From an uncultured Clostridia bacterium (lineage in GTDB: Bacteria; Bacillota; Clostridia; Oscillospirales; Acutalibacteraceae): DNA of 26,890 nt. The notes below the pieces were generated by a model. It was given only the letters and a program-made list of their open reading frames with translations. It searched no databases and was not told the origin of the DNA. The translations under genes were made by a program, and so were the position numbers. Positions within the stretch are counted from its first letter, which is position 1, and every line of letters starts with the position of its first letter. Positions 15,333 through 24,069 of this stretch are shown piece after piece. The DNA lies in assembly GCA_947623215.1 (NCBI GenBank), contig CANQGN010000001.1, positions 1 through 26,890 of the forward strand, read 5' to 3'.

Positions 15333-16208
15333 TTATTTGTCGCAGCGGCCGCAGTCGGAGCAGCCGTTGCAAATGGGTTTGCTGCCGCAGCGGGCGCAAT
15401 TTTGCCGAAAATGCGGCCGGTAAAGGGCTTCTTCCGGTATGGCCAAGCCAAAGCGGTCGGTCAACTTCCAGACTACCGGCCGACCCGCGTAGTACATGCC
15501 GGATTTATAGGCCATTTCGCTTTGTATTTGCTTATTTGGCAAATCATACCGCTTGCCGTCTTTTACAAACACGCTGCCCGTCTCTATAAAACAAAAGGTC
15601 ACGTTGTGCGCCGCGCATTCCGCCCGCAGGGCCGTTACCCAGTCAAAATGGCAGGGCCTTGCGCCGTCGTAATTCTCGCCGCCGCAAACCACCTGCTCTA
15701 TCTGCCCGCTCGCGAGGTATGGTTCTATGCTGACCGGCCCGAGAAAGGGGGCGCACATGACACCTTTATGCTTAAAGGGCAATTCCAGCAGCAGGGGAAT
15801 GCGCTCGTCTGCCCGGCGCTGGTTTTCGCAGGTAACGTTGAAGGCAATATTCTCCCACCCGTCGCCCCAGTCGGGCGGCAGGCAGTCTTTTACCCGCTGG
15901 GGGCGTTTGGTGAGCAAAAAGAATTTTACGTCGCTACGCTGCCGCATCATCTCCCAGGCGTCCGGCCGCCACTCGTCCGCCTCTTCCAAAAAGAAGTCGG
16001 AGGTCATGCAAACGCGAATCATCTCGCCGCTTTGGATTTTGTAACCGCCGCCCCGTTTTTTTTGCAGGGGGTAGGTAAAGCCGGCCCTGGTTTTGTAAAT
16101 ATCGGCGCCGTTTCGCTCGCGCTGCCGGTCGAGAAAATACATGTAGCAGTGCCGGCAGCCCTCGCTGCACTTTACGCAGCCGTGCCAGGGGTTCCAAATA
16201 TCGTGCAT
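15333..16208 (-). CDS. DUF5131 / phage Gp37-Gp68 family, radical-SAM-like protein
   Basis: WNPWHGC.KCSEGC.HCY (contains CxxxCxxC), LLTKRP, WV-like VVCGGE, extra C-terminal CxxC....CxxCxxCxxC. Start placed at MHDIWN, with a GAGG RBS. Confidence 0.85.
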   Translation of the reverse strand: MHDIWNPWHGCVKCSEGCRHCYMYFLDRQRERNGADIYKTRAGFTYPLQKKRGGGYKIQSGEMIRVCMTSDFFLEEADEWRPDAWEMMRQRSDVKFFLLTKRPQRVKDCLPPDWGDGWENIAFNVTCENQRRADERIPLLLELPFKHKGVMCAPFLGPVSIEPYLASGQIEQVVCGGENYDGARPCHFDWVTALRAECAAHNVTFCFIETGSVFVKDGKRYDLPNKQIQSEMAYKSGMYYAGRPVVWKLTDRFGLAIPEEALYRPHFRQNCARCGSKPICNGCSDCGRCDK

Positions 16209-16281
16209 GTTGCTCGCCTCGCTTGCCGCCAACCCGGAATAAATGCCGCCCAACCGGCGGGTTTTCCCTTTTTCCCCTTCC

Positions 16282-16310
16282 ATTATACCGATTTTCCCCC
16301 GCCGCGCAAG
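16282..16310 (-). promoter_or_regulatory. Sigma-A promoter for DUF5131
   Basis: Minus strand TTGCGC, 17 bp, TATAAT. Confidence 0.65.
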
Positions 16311-16328
16311 GCTTTTTTAAAAATGGTA

Positions 16329-16357
16329 TTGCTATTGTTCGCGATTTAGAATATAAT
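16329..16357 (+). promoter_or_regulatory. Sigma-A promoter for the HTH-Dam operon
   Basis: TTGCTA 16329-16334, 17 bp, TATAAT 16352-16357. Confidence 0.75.
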
Positions 16358-16387
16358 AGAACCATATCACAGCCGGAGGTGCGCCGA

Positions 16388-17458
16388 ATGGAGTTTATGT
16401 CTGCCAAAGAAGCCGCGGAAAAATGGGGCGTTTCGCCACGGCGGGTGGCCCTGCTTTGCGCCGAGCGCCGCATTGCCGAGGCGGCGCTGGTGGGGCACAC
16501 GTGGGTGCTGCCCGTTACGGCAAAAAAGCCGCCGGACGGGCGAATGACCCGCTATGCCCAGCCAACTGGCAAAACCGTAAGGCCCTTTTTAAAATGGGCG
16601 GGCGGCAAAGGGCAGCTGCTGCCCGAACTGGAAAAATACTACCCCTTTGCGGCCGGTAAAATAACCAAATACGCCGAACCCTTTGTGGGCGGCGGGGCGG
16701 TGCTGTTTGATATACTGGGTCGCTTTGACCTGGAGGCGGTCTACATTAGCGACGTCAACGCCCGGCTGATAAACGCCTACCGCATGGTACGGGACGAATC
16801 AAACGCGTTAATTCAGCTGCTCGCCGGGTATGAAGCCGACTATCTGCCGCTGGATGCGGAGGGGAGACGGCGCTATTATACCGAAAAGCGCGACCAGTTT
16901 AACCGACCGGCGGAAGCAGGCGAAAAAAACGCCGCCCTAACGCAGGCCGCCCTGATGATTTTTTTAAACAAAACCTGCTTTAACGGCCTCTACCGGGTAA
17001 ACCGAAAAGGGCAGTTTAACGTGCCCATTGGTTCTTACAAAGCCCCGTTGATTTGCGACGAGGCCAACCTGCGGGCGGCGGCGGAAAAGCTGAAAAACGT
17101 GCAAATGGTGCAGGGGGACTACAAGCGTTCCGCCGCATTCATCGACCGCCGCACCTTTGTCTATTTTGACCCGCCCTATCGGCCGATTACCCAAACCGCC
17201 TGCTTTACCGCCTATACCGAAAGCGCCTTTGGCGACGCCAAGCAGCGGGAGCTGGCGGCCTTTGTCAATGAGCTGAGCGGGCGGGGCGCCAAAATTGTGG
17301 TGAGCAATTCTGACCCGCAAAACGCAGACGAATCCGACCGCTTTTTTGAGGAACTGTACGCGGGGCACACCATCTGCCGCGTGAGCGCCAACCGCATGAT
17401 AAACAGCAACAGCAGGGCACGCGGCAAAATTAACGAACTGATTATATCCAACTTTTAA
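16388..17458 (+). CDS. Dam/DpnM-family N6-adenine methyltransferase with N-terminal MerR/excisionase-type HTH
   Basis: GGAGGT RBS. N-terminus MSAKEAAEKWGVSPRRV.LLC...RI...W.LP, then KWAGGK, EPFVGGGAV, FNGLYRVN.KG.FNVP.G, DPPY. Confidence 0.9.
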   Translation: MEFMSAKEAAEKWGVSPRRVALLCAERRIAEAALVGHTWVLPVTAKKPPDGRMTRYAQPTGKTVRPFLKWAGGKGQLLPELEKYYPFAAGKITKYAEPFVGGGAVLFDILGRFDLEAVYISDVNARLINAYRMVRDESNALIQLLAGYEADYLPLDAEGRRRYYTEKRDQFNRPAEAGEKNAALTQAALMIFLNKTCFNGLYRVNRKGQFNVPIGSYKAPLICDEANLRAAAEKLKNVQMVQGDYKRSAAFIDRRTFVYFDPPYRPITQTACFTAYTESAFGDAKQRELAAFVNELSGRGAKIVVSNSDPQNADESDRFFEELYAGHTICRVSANRMINSNSRARGKINELIISNF

Positions 17459-17472
17459 GGAGAGGAAGCAGC

Positions 17473-18021
17473 ATGATAAAGGGAGGAAAAGGTGGCGGCA
17501 ATACCAAAACCGGCCTTGCGTTTGAGGGAAAAACCGACCTGGCGAGCTTTTTAAAGCGGCAAAAAGGGTACGAGGTGCGGGGCGACAAAGTATTTTACAA
17601 CAACGAGCAGGTGGCGCGCGTTTTTAAAAAGCACGGATTTTATGATTTCTTGGAAGAATTGGGCATCGACTGGACCAAATGTATTTCCAAACAGCTTTTT
17701 CCCGACCATTGCCTGTACGTTGTGACCCACAACACGCTGTTTGTAATTGAATGTAAGTTTCAGCAGGTCAGGGGGTCGGTAGACGAAAAGCTGCAAACCT
17801 GTGATTTTAAGAAAAAGCAATATCAAAAGCTCCTTGCCCCGGCCAATATAGACGTGGAGTACGTATATTTGCTCAGCAACTGGTTTCGGGACGAAAGCTA
17901 CAAAGACGTGCTCGACTACATCATCAGCGTGCGGTGCCAGTATTACTTTGAGTATATTCCGCTTGCCAAATTTGGGCTGCCCGTTCCCCCCGCCGGGGGA
18001 GAGCGGCCGACCGAACGGTGA
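17473..18021 (+). CDS. PD-(D/E)XK nuclease, probable cognate type II restriction endonuclease
   Basis: FPD...IECKFQ catalytic-type motif; 14 nt downstream of the MTase with an AAGGAG RBS. Confidence 0.7.
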   Translation: MIKGGKGGGNTKTGLAFEGKTDLASFLKRQKGYEVRGDKVFYNNEQVARVFKKHGFYDFLEELGIDWTKCISKQLFPDHCLYVVTHNTLFVIECKFQQVRGSVDEKLQTCDFKKKQYQKLLAPANIDVEYVYLLSNWFRDESYKDVLDYIISVRCQYYFEYIPLAKFGLPVPPAGGERPTER

Positions 18022-18049
18022 AAAAACGCCAAACCCCACATCCTAAAGC

Positions 18050-18107
18050 AAACCAAAACACCCCCCTTATCGCGGCTTCTTGCTGCGGGCAGGGGGGTTG
18101 TCGGTTT
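18050..18107. terminator. Imperfect hairpin between convergent genes, probable terminator
   Basis: CCCCCCT/AGGGGGG stem with outer AAACC/GGTTT. Confidence 0.45.
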
Positions 18108-18143
18108 AGCGGAACCTTTCCTTTTGTCGGGGCGTCGCCCGGC

Positions 18144-18896
18144 TCAGGCAATCTCGGGCTGCGAGAGCGCGGAGAGCACCCGGCGTTTCACCTCCATAAA
18201 GCGCTCGGAGGCGGTAAACAGCGTGTCGCGCGGGCGGGGGGCCTCTACCGGCAGCTCCAGCGCAATGCGCCCCGGCCGCCCGGCGAGAATGAGCACCCGG
18301 TCGGCCAGAAAAATGGCTTCGTCCACGTCGTGGGTGATAAACATCACGCTGTGGCGCAGCTGCTCCATGCGCTCTAAAAACCACACGTGCATTTGGCGCT
18401 TGGTTATGGCGTCCAGTGCGCTGAAGGGTTCGTCCAGCAAATCGGCCTCGCCGCCAAACAGGCAGGTGCGCAAAAAGGCCGCCCGCTGGCGCATACCGCC
18501 CGAAAGCTGGGCCGGGTACTTTTCGGCCGTACCGGCAAGGCCGAATTCCTCTAACTTTTGGCGGCCAATGGCGCGGGCTTCGCTTTTTTTCATGCCGCCC
18601 AGCACCAGCGGCAGGGTGACGTTATCTACAATTTTTTTATGCGGCAGCAGCAAATCCTTTTGCTGCATGTAGCTCACCCGCCCGGCCTTGCCGGTTACCT
18701 CTTCGCCGTTTAACAGCACGGCGCCGGAGTCGGGCGACGAAAGCCCCGCCAGAATGTGAAAAAGGGTGGATTTGCCCACGCCGCTCACCCCCAGCAGCGC
18801 CACAATTTCGCCCTCGCGCAGGGTAAACGACACCCGGTCGAGCACCTGTTTTTCGCCAAAGGCCTTGCAAATGGCTTGTGCCGAAAGCTCCCCCAT
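18144..18896 (-). CDS. thiZ: ABC transporter ATP-binding subunit (NitT/TauT type; ThiZ-like)
   Basis: Walker A GVSGVGKST, LSGGMRQR, LLDEPFSALD, ITHDVDEA; TPP-regulated operon. Confidence 0.88.
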   Translation of the reverse strand: MGELSAQAICKAFGEKQVLDRVSFTLREGEIVALLGVSGVGKSTLFHILAGLSSPDSGAVLLNGEEVTGKAGRVSYMQQKDLLLPHKKIVDNVTLPLVLGGMKKSEARAIGRQKLEEFGLAGTAEKYPAQLSGGMRQRAAFLRTCLFGGEADLLDEPFSALDAITKRQMHVWFLERMEQLRHSVMFITHDVDEAIFLADRVLILAGRPGRIALELPVEAPRPRDTLFTASERFMEVKRRVLSALSQPEIA

Positions 18897-18909
18897 GGTA
18901 CCGCCCCCG

Positions 18910-19926
18910 CTACTGCGGCAGATAGTCGTTGGTAAAGCCGGTGTTTTCGGCCAGCTTTACCGCGGTCAGGTTGTTGTCGTTCAGCCAGGTGTAAAAGGCG
19001 TTCCAGCGGGCGGGGTCTATGTAACCCCAGCGGTCGCAGCCTCGCATGTATTCGCCCGAAAGGAACTTTTGGCTGGCCAGCACCAGCTCTTTGGCGCCGG
19101 TGAGCGAACCGGTGGTATCGCCCGCTATCAGCATGTCCGCCGCCTCTTCCGGATTATCTACCGCGTAGCGGTAGCCCTTGGCCGTGGCCGCCAAAAAAGC
19201 CTTCGCCACCTCGGCGTGCTGCTCTAAAAAGGCGTTGTTGGCAAACAGCACGGGGGTGTAGTAGTCAAACACCGGGTCTACCTTGCCAAAGTCAATGTAA
19301 TCATACGCCAGCCCCTGCAGCCCGGCGGAAATGCAGCCCCAGCCCTCAAACACCCAAATGGCGTCGGTCTGGCGGGCGGCCAGCGCGGCGGCTTCGTCGG
19401 TAATGTTGTTGTAAATCAGCTTCACCTTGTCCCAGTCGCCGCCGTCGTCGTTTACCAGCTTTTTCAGCATAGCCTGCTCAATGGGGGACTCCCAGGTAGA
19501 GTAGGTGTGACCGGTCATGCCGGCCGGGCGATCCATGCCCTCGCCCTTGCGGGAGATAATGCCGGAGGTGTTGTGCTGAATAAGCGCCGCCACGGTGGTA
19601 ATGGGCATGGGCTCGTCGCTTGCCCAGGCGGCGGCCAGGGTGTCCTGCGCGCTAATGGCAAAGTCTACCTGCCCGGCGGCGCACAAAGCGGCGGCGCCGT
19701 CCTCCGGCGGGGACTGAATGGTAACCTCCAGCCCGGCCTCTTTGTAATAGCCCAACTGCTGGGCCACGTAAAAGCCGGTGTGGTTGGTGTTGGGGGTAAA
19801 GTCTAAACAAAGCGAAACCTTGGCTAAGGAATCGGTGGGGGTAGCGGCGTTGCCGCCGCAGGCGCAAAGGGATAAGAGCAGGGCGGCGCACAGCAGCGCG
19901 GCCCCCAAACGGTGCAGGGTTTTCAT
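18910..19926 (-). CDS. thiY: ABC substrate-binding lipoprotein, NMT1/THI5-like (HMP/thiamine precursor; ThiY-like)
   Basis: Lipobox LSLCAC; LDFTPNTNHTGFYVA, D.YTPV, GFTN.YL. Confidence 0.88.
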   Translation of the reverse strand: MKTLHRLGAALLCAALLLSLCACGGNAATPTDSLAKVSLCLDFTPNTNHTGFYVAQQLGYYKEAGLEVTIQSPPEDGAAALCAAGQVDFAISAQDTLAAAWASDEPMPITTVAALIQHNTSGIISRKGEGMDRPAGMTGHTYSTWESPIEQAMLKKLVNDDGGDWDKVKLIYNNITDEAAALAARQTDAIWVFEGWGCISAGLQGLAYDYIDFGKVDPVFDYYTPVLFANNAFLEQHAEVAKAFLAATAKGYRYAVDNPEEAADMLIAGDTTGSLTGAKELVLASQKFLSGEYMRGCDRWGYIDPARWNAFYTWLNDNNLTAVKLAENTGFTNDYLPQ

Positions 19927-20717
19927 GAAGCTTTTTTCTCCTTTTTTTCATTTTGGGCCACGGCCTCCCATGGCATGGAAAGCCGGGTCACCACATGAAC
20001 CGCCAGCATCAGCAGCAGGCTGACGGCGACGATAACGATAATCACGGCAAAGACCTTATCGGTTTGATAGGCTTTGCGCACGCGGGTCATGTACATGCCA
20101 AGGCCGGAGTCGCCCCCCAGCCACTCGGCCACCACCGCCCCCACCACGGCGTAAGAGGCGGAAATTTTAAGCCCCGAAAAAAAGTGGGGCAGCGCGCCCG
20201 GCCACTTTACGTGAAAGAAAATTTGGCGGCGCCCCGCTCCCATGGCCCGCAGCAGGTTCATTTGGTCCGGATCGGCGGCGGCAAAGCCGGTAAGCAGCCC
20301 CATAGAAATGGGAAAAAAGGTGGTAAGGGCCACCAGCGCAATTTTGGGGGCGGTGCCAAAGCCCATCCACAGCACCAGCAGGGGGGCAATGGCAATGGTG
20401 GGCACGGTTTGCGACACCACCAGCAACGGGTAGACCGCCCGGCGCAAAAAACCGGCGGCGTCCATAACCGTGGCGGCGACCACGGCGATGAGTATGCCGA
20501 TGCCAAGGCCGCAAAAGGCCTCCCACAGCGTTACTTTGGCCCCCTGCCACAGGTAGCCTGCCTGTGAGACCAGCGCCGCCGCCACCGCGGTGGGGGAGGG
20601 CAGCATGTAAGCCCCCACCCGGCCGGAGGCGGTAAGGGCGTACCACACCGCCAGCAGCAGCAGTAAGGCCAGCAGCGGGGGGAAAACGTTAGTGAAATTT
20701 CGCTGTTTTTTCATCAA
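19923..20717 (-). CDS. thiX: ABC permease (ThiX-like)
   Basis: Multiple hydrophobic segments, SQTVPTIAIAPLLVLW.GFG, EAA-like loop LLRAMGA, GAVVAEWLGG. Confidence 0.88.
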   Translation of the reverse strand: MMKKQRNFTNVFPPLLALLLLLAVWYALTASGRVGAYMLPSPTAVAAALVSQAGYLWQGAKVTLWEAFCGLGIGILIAVVAATVMDAAGFLRRAVYPLLVVSQTVPTIAIAPLLVLWMGFGTAPKIALVALTTFFPISMGLLTGFAAADPDQMNLLRAMGAGRRQIFFHVKWPGALPHFFSGLKISASYAVVGAVVAEWLGGDSGLGMYMTRVRKAYQTDKVFAVIIVIVAVSLLLMLAVHVVTRLSMPWEAVAQNEKKEKKAS

Positions 20718-20985
20718 TCGTCAACAAATCTCCGCCCGGGCGGTAGGCGATTTTTACGTAGGCGCTTACCGACGGCGCACCGGCTTCTACCGCTATCTCC
20801 TGGCAGCGGACGACAATTTCCATAAGCTCGCGGTAATCTTCGCCCTCTATGGTGGTTTCAAAGGGGCCTACGTAATAGGTCAGCCCGGTAGAGCGAATGT
20901 AGTCGATAACGGTATCGACAATCCGCAGGGTTTCTTCGGTAGAGTCCACTTTGGGCAATACCTGAATGGCAACGCTTGCTTTCAT
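20689..20985 (-). CDS. Thiamine-binding protein (MTH1187/YkoF-like family)
   Basis: VAIQVLP, VGPFETTIEG; first gene after the TPP riboswitch. Confidence 0.8.
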   Translation of the reverse strand: MKASVAIQVLPKVDSTEETLRIVDTVIDYIRSTGLTYYVGPFETTIEGEDYRELMEIVVRCQEIAVEAGAPSVSAYVKIAYRPGGDLLTIDEKTAKFH

Positions 20986-21028
20986 GGTGTTTTTTCCTCT
21001 TTTCTTTGGCCGAAGCCGATTTTGCCGG

Positions 21029-21055
21029 AAAATAAAAAACCCGCCTGACGGCGGA
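21029..21055 (-). terminator. Riboswitch expression-platform terminator
   Basis: Minus strand CCGCC-GTCA-GGCGG followed by GTTTTTTATTTT. Confidence 0.8.
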
Positions 21056-21091
21056 GAGCTGCTGCGAACCGCAAAGGGGGCGGTTCGGTAT

Positions 21092-21188
21092 TCATACTCC
21101 CTGCGCCGGTACTAACCGTATCAGGTTCAAGGGGTCGAAGCGCACGCTTCCTCTCAGCCCCCACCCAAAGAGGGGGCTCCCCCGATGT
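21092..21188 (-). ncRNA. TPP (thiamine pyrophosphate) riboswitch
   Basis: Minus strand GGGGAGC...GGCTGAGAG...GACCCCTTGAACCTGATACGGTTAGTACCGGCGCAGGGAG matches the THI-box consensus, upstream of thiamine salvage genes. Confidence 0.96.
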
Positions 21189-21208
21189 TTTTTCATTTTC
21201 ACGGCGCT

Positions 21209-21237
21209 ATGATAGCACACCCGGCGGCGCTTGTCAA
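21209..21237 (-). promoter_or_regulatory. Sigma-A promoter of the TPP-regulated operon
   Basis: Minus strand TTGACA, 17 bp, TATCAT. Confidence 0.85.
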
Positions 21238-21255
21238 GAGGGGGCGGCAAAAAAA

Positions 21256-21918
21256 TTACCCCAGCAGCCGCCGGTCGAGTTCTCCCACCGATACAATCAG
21301 CACCCGGTTGGGCAGCGCCCCCGCCGTGCACACCCCCAGGCTGTAGCCCGGCAGGGAGTCGTAATTGGCCAGCCGCCACTCCCCCAGCCGGTAAAGCAGG
21401 CGGCCGTTTTCTGCTACCGGTTCAAAGGCCACCGGGCGGCGCAAATCGCCCGAACCGGCGCATTTGACCGCCGCCTCGCGCAGGGTCCACCAGTCAAACA
21501 GCCGGGCTCTTCGCCGGGCGGGGGGGAGCTCTTGCAATAGAGAGGTTTGCAGCGGGGTAAGCCCGCGCTGTAGGGCGGCTTCTCCCCCCGCCGCCGTTTG
21601 GCGCTGCATGTCTACCCCCACGGGGCGGTCGGCGAGCAGGCAAACGGTATACCGGCCGGAGTGAGACAAACTGAAGGCCGGCCCCGCCCCCACAGGCACC
21701 GGTTTCCCCCCCTTTTGCAGGGTGTAGGCGGGGGGCAGCGGCTGCCCCGGCGCTTCTAAGTGAAGGGCATAGCAAAGCAGCAGCTCGGCGGCAAGCGAGG
21801 CCCGCCGCTGCTGCGGGTTTTTTAGCGCCGCCAGTTTTTGCCGCCGCACCGCCGAAAGCAGCGGGGCGTAGGCGGGGTTGTTTTCGTTCAGTTTGTCGGT
21901 CGCCATACAGTAGAGCAT
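21256..21918 (-). CDS. sfp: 4'-phosphopantetheinyl transferase, Sfp type
   Basis: GGKP, FSLSHSGRY, VGVDMQ, WTLREAAVKC.G; GGGGAGG RBS. Confidence 0.85.
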   Translation of the reverse strand: MLYCMATDKLNENNPAYAPLLSAVRRQKLAALKNPQQRRASLAAELLLCYALHLEAPGQPLPPAYTLQKGGKPVPVGAGPAFSLSHSGRYTVCLLADRPVGVDMQRQTAAGGEAALQRGLTPLQTSLLQELPPARRRARLFDWWTLREAAVKCAGSGDLRRPVAFEPVAENGRLLYRLGEWRLANYDSLPGYSLGVCTAGALPNRVLIVSVGELDRRLLG

Positions 21919-21940
21919 GGTTGCCCTGCCTCCCCTTTAC

Positions 21941-21982
21941 AAAAACCGAAAGCGGCGTTTTGGTCAGCCGCTTTCGGTTTTT
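21941..21982. terminator. Intrinsic terminator after the clp-ectB-lipoprotein operon
   Basis: Perfect 16-bp arms AAAAACCGAAAGCGGC / GCCGCTTTCGGTTTTT. Confidence 0.9.
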
Positions 21983-21995
21983 CCTTTGTTTTGCG

Positions 21996-22751
21996 TTAAG
22001 CCTGTAAAAAAGCGAAGGAGTCGAACCGCCAGCCGTCCGCCGTGTTTACCAGCGAAAAATCGTAGGTTTGGGTGGTATAGCGCTCGGGGTCAGCGGGGGC
22101 GGTGTAAAAGGGCTCGCCCTCGTACCCACCCTCGGCATAATACACGGTGGCGGTGAGCGAAATGCGGCTGGGGGTGCGGCTGTTTACCACAAACACGTGC
22201 CCGGCGTAGTCGGCGTTTTCGGTGCCGGAGGCTTCAAGCAAACAGGCGTTGCCCGCTTCGTCTGCCTGCACGCAGCTGTCTTGCCCCAGCAGCGACTCCG
22301 CCACAAAAGAGGCGGTAAACACCTGCTCCAGCTCGGCGCGCAGCGCTTCTATGGAAGAAAAGCGGGGGTCAGAAATGGGGTGGTAGGTCATGCCGTTTAT
22401 CACCACAGAGGCGTTTTCGTTCACCTGAAAGAGGCAAAGGTTAAAGGCGCGGGTAAAGTCATACGCCCGCTCGTAAAGCAGCTGCAAGTCGCGGGTTAGG
22501 GGCGGGTCGCCCTTGGCCGTTAGGGCCGGGTCCTCGTTCGTTAACTCGCTGTAGGTAAGAGGGGCGGAGGAAACGGGCGACTCGTCGTCGCCGGAGGAGG
22601 GAACCACGGGCGCCGGCGGGGCGGAGGGTTCTGACAAAAAGGCGGAGGGAATAGAAGCCGGCGGGTCGCTGGGGGTAGCGCTCCCCCCCGCGCAGCCGAC
22701 GAGGGCGAGCGCCAGCGCGGCGACAAGGGCAAAACCAATCGTTCGTTTCAT
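21996..22751 (-). CDS. Lipoprotein, possibly IseA-like (DL-endopeptidase inhibitor fold)
   Basis: Lipobox LALVGC and a Pro/Ser-rich linker. Y......FSS.EAL.AEL.QVFT resembles IseA-family proteins (tentative). Confidence 0.6.
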   Translation of the reverse strand: MKRTIGFALVAALALALVGCAGGSATPSDPPASIPSAFLSEPSAPPAPVVPSSGDDESPVSSAPLTYSELTNEDPALTAKGDPPLTRDLQLLYERAYDFTRAFNLCLFQVNENASVVINGMTYHPISDPRFSSIEALRAELEQVFTASFVAESLLGQDSCVQADEAGNACLLEASGTENADYAGHVFVVNSRTPSRISLTATVYYAEGGYEGEPFYTAPADPERYTTQTYDFSLVNTADGWRFDSFAFLQA

Positions 22752-24034
22752 TGTTCGCTGCCTCCTTCCTGTTGGCTGTCGGCCAGTTCTTCCCGCAGCG
22801 CCTCGGCCAATATGCCAAGGCCGCGGCGGAGCTCATCCGGCTTTATTACCAGCGGCGGCATGAGCTTGAGTACCGCATTGTCGCGGCCTACCCGCTCTAA
22901 AATCAGGCCCTTTTCAAAGCAGCGGCCCATCACCCGGCGAGAGACGGCGTCGCCCCCCAAAGCGGTGAGGTCGACCCCCCACAGCAGCCCCACCCCGCGA
23001 ATTTGAATGCCGGGGTGCAGCGGGCGGACGGTTTGCTCTAAAAAGTCCGCCACAATGGCCTCTTTTTCGGCCACCTGCCGGTCAATTTGTTCGTCTACAA
23101 ACACTTGCAGCGCCTCGGCGGCCGCCACGAGCGAGAGCTGGTTGCCGCGAAAGGTGCCGGTGTGCTCGCCGGGCGACCAGAGGTCGAGCGACGGCTTCAT
23201 CAGCAGCAGGGCCATGGGCATACCCATGCCGCCAATGGATTTTGAAAGGGTGACCATGTCCGGCTGAATACCGGCGTGCTCAAACGAGAAAAAGTTGCCG
23301 CAGCGCCCGCACCCGGCCTGAATATCGTCTACAATCAGCAGCAGCCCGTGGCGGTCGCACAGCGCCCGCAGCCCCTGCAAATAGTCGGCCGGCAGGGGGT
23401 AAATGCCGCCGTCGGCCTGCACGGCCTCTACCACCACGGCGGCGGGCTTTTCTACCCCCGCGTGGTCGTCGGTCAGCAGCCGCTCCATATAGTCCAGCGT
23501 ATCCAGCCCCGGGAACATATAGGGCGCGGGGATGTGGGTAACGCCGTTTAAGGGGGCGCCCGCCCCCGCGCGGGAAGCGCGGTCGGTGGTGAGAGCGAGC
23601 GCACCGGCGGTCATGCCGTGAAAGGCCCCCATTAAGGCAAACACGCCCTGGCGGCCGGTGGCCTTGCGGGCTAATTTTAACGCCGCTTCTACCGCGTTGG
23701 TGCCGGTGGGGCCGGTAAACTGCACCTTATAGTTGAACCCCCTCGGCTGTAAAATGAGGGTTTGCAGCCGCTGCAAAAACAGGGCTTTGGGCTCGGTGTA
23801 CATATCCAGCGCGTGCACAATGCCGTCGCGCGATAAATAATCGATCACCGCCTGCTTCATACGGGGGTGATTGTGGCCGTAATTCACGCCGCCCGCCCCG
23901 CTGAAAAAGTCCAGGTATTCCCGGCCGTTTACGTCGGTTAAGCGGCTGCCCCGCGCCGTGCGAAACACGGTGGGAAAGCTGCGGCAGTAGGAGCGGACGT
24001 TGGATTCATATTGCTCAAAAATCTCGGTTGACAT
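22748..24034 (-). CDS. ectB: Diaminobutyrate--2-oxoglutarate transaminase (class III PLP aminotransferase)
   Basis: ESNVRSYCRSFP, DFFSGAG..NYGHN, GPTGTNAVEAALKLARK.TGR, FHGMT, DDIQAGCGR, LSKSIGG, PGEHTGTFRGN. Confidence 0.9.
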   Translation of the reverse strand: MSTEIFEQYESNVRSYCRSFPTVFRTARGSRLTDVNGREYLDFFSGAGGVNYGHNHPRMKQAVIDYLSRDGIVHALDMYTEPKALFLQRLQTLILQPRGFNYKVQFTGPTGTNAVEAALKLARKATGRQGVFALMGAFHGMTAGALALTTDRASRAGAGAPLNGVTHIPAPYMFPGLDTLDYMERLLTDDHAGVEKPAAVVVEAVQADGGIYPLPADYLQGLRALCDRHGLLLIVDDIQAGCGRCGNFFSFEHAGIQPDMVTLSKSIGGMGMPMALLLMKPSLDLWSPGEHTGTFRGNQLSLVAAAEALQVFVDEQIDRQVAEKEAIVADFLEQTVRPLHPGIQIRGVGLLWGVDLTALGGDAVSRRVMGRCFEKGLILERVGRDNAVLKLMPPLVIKPDELRRGLGILAEALREELADSQQEGGSEQ

Positions 24035-24069
24035 GGCGTTTTATCCCCCTTTTGGCGCCGAGGGTCGGC

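Noticed and set aside
22748-24034. Ectoine biosynthesis cluster
   Set aside because: ectA and ectC are absent from both sides of ectB.
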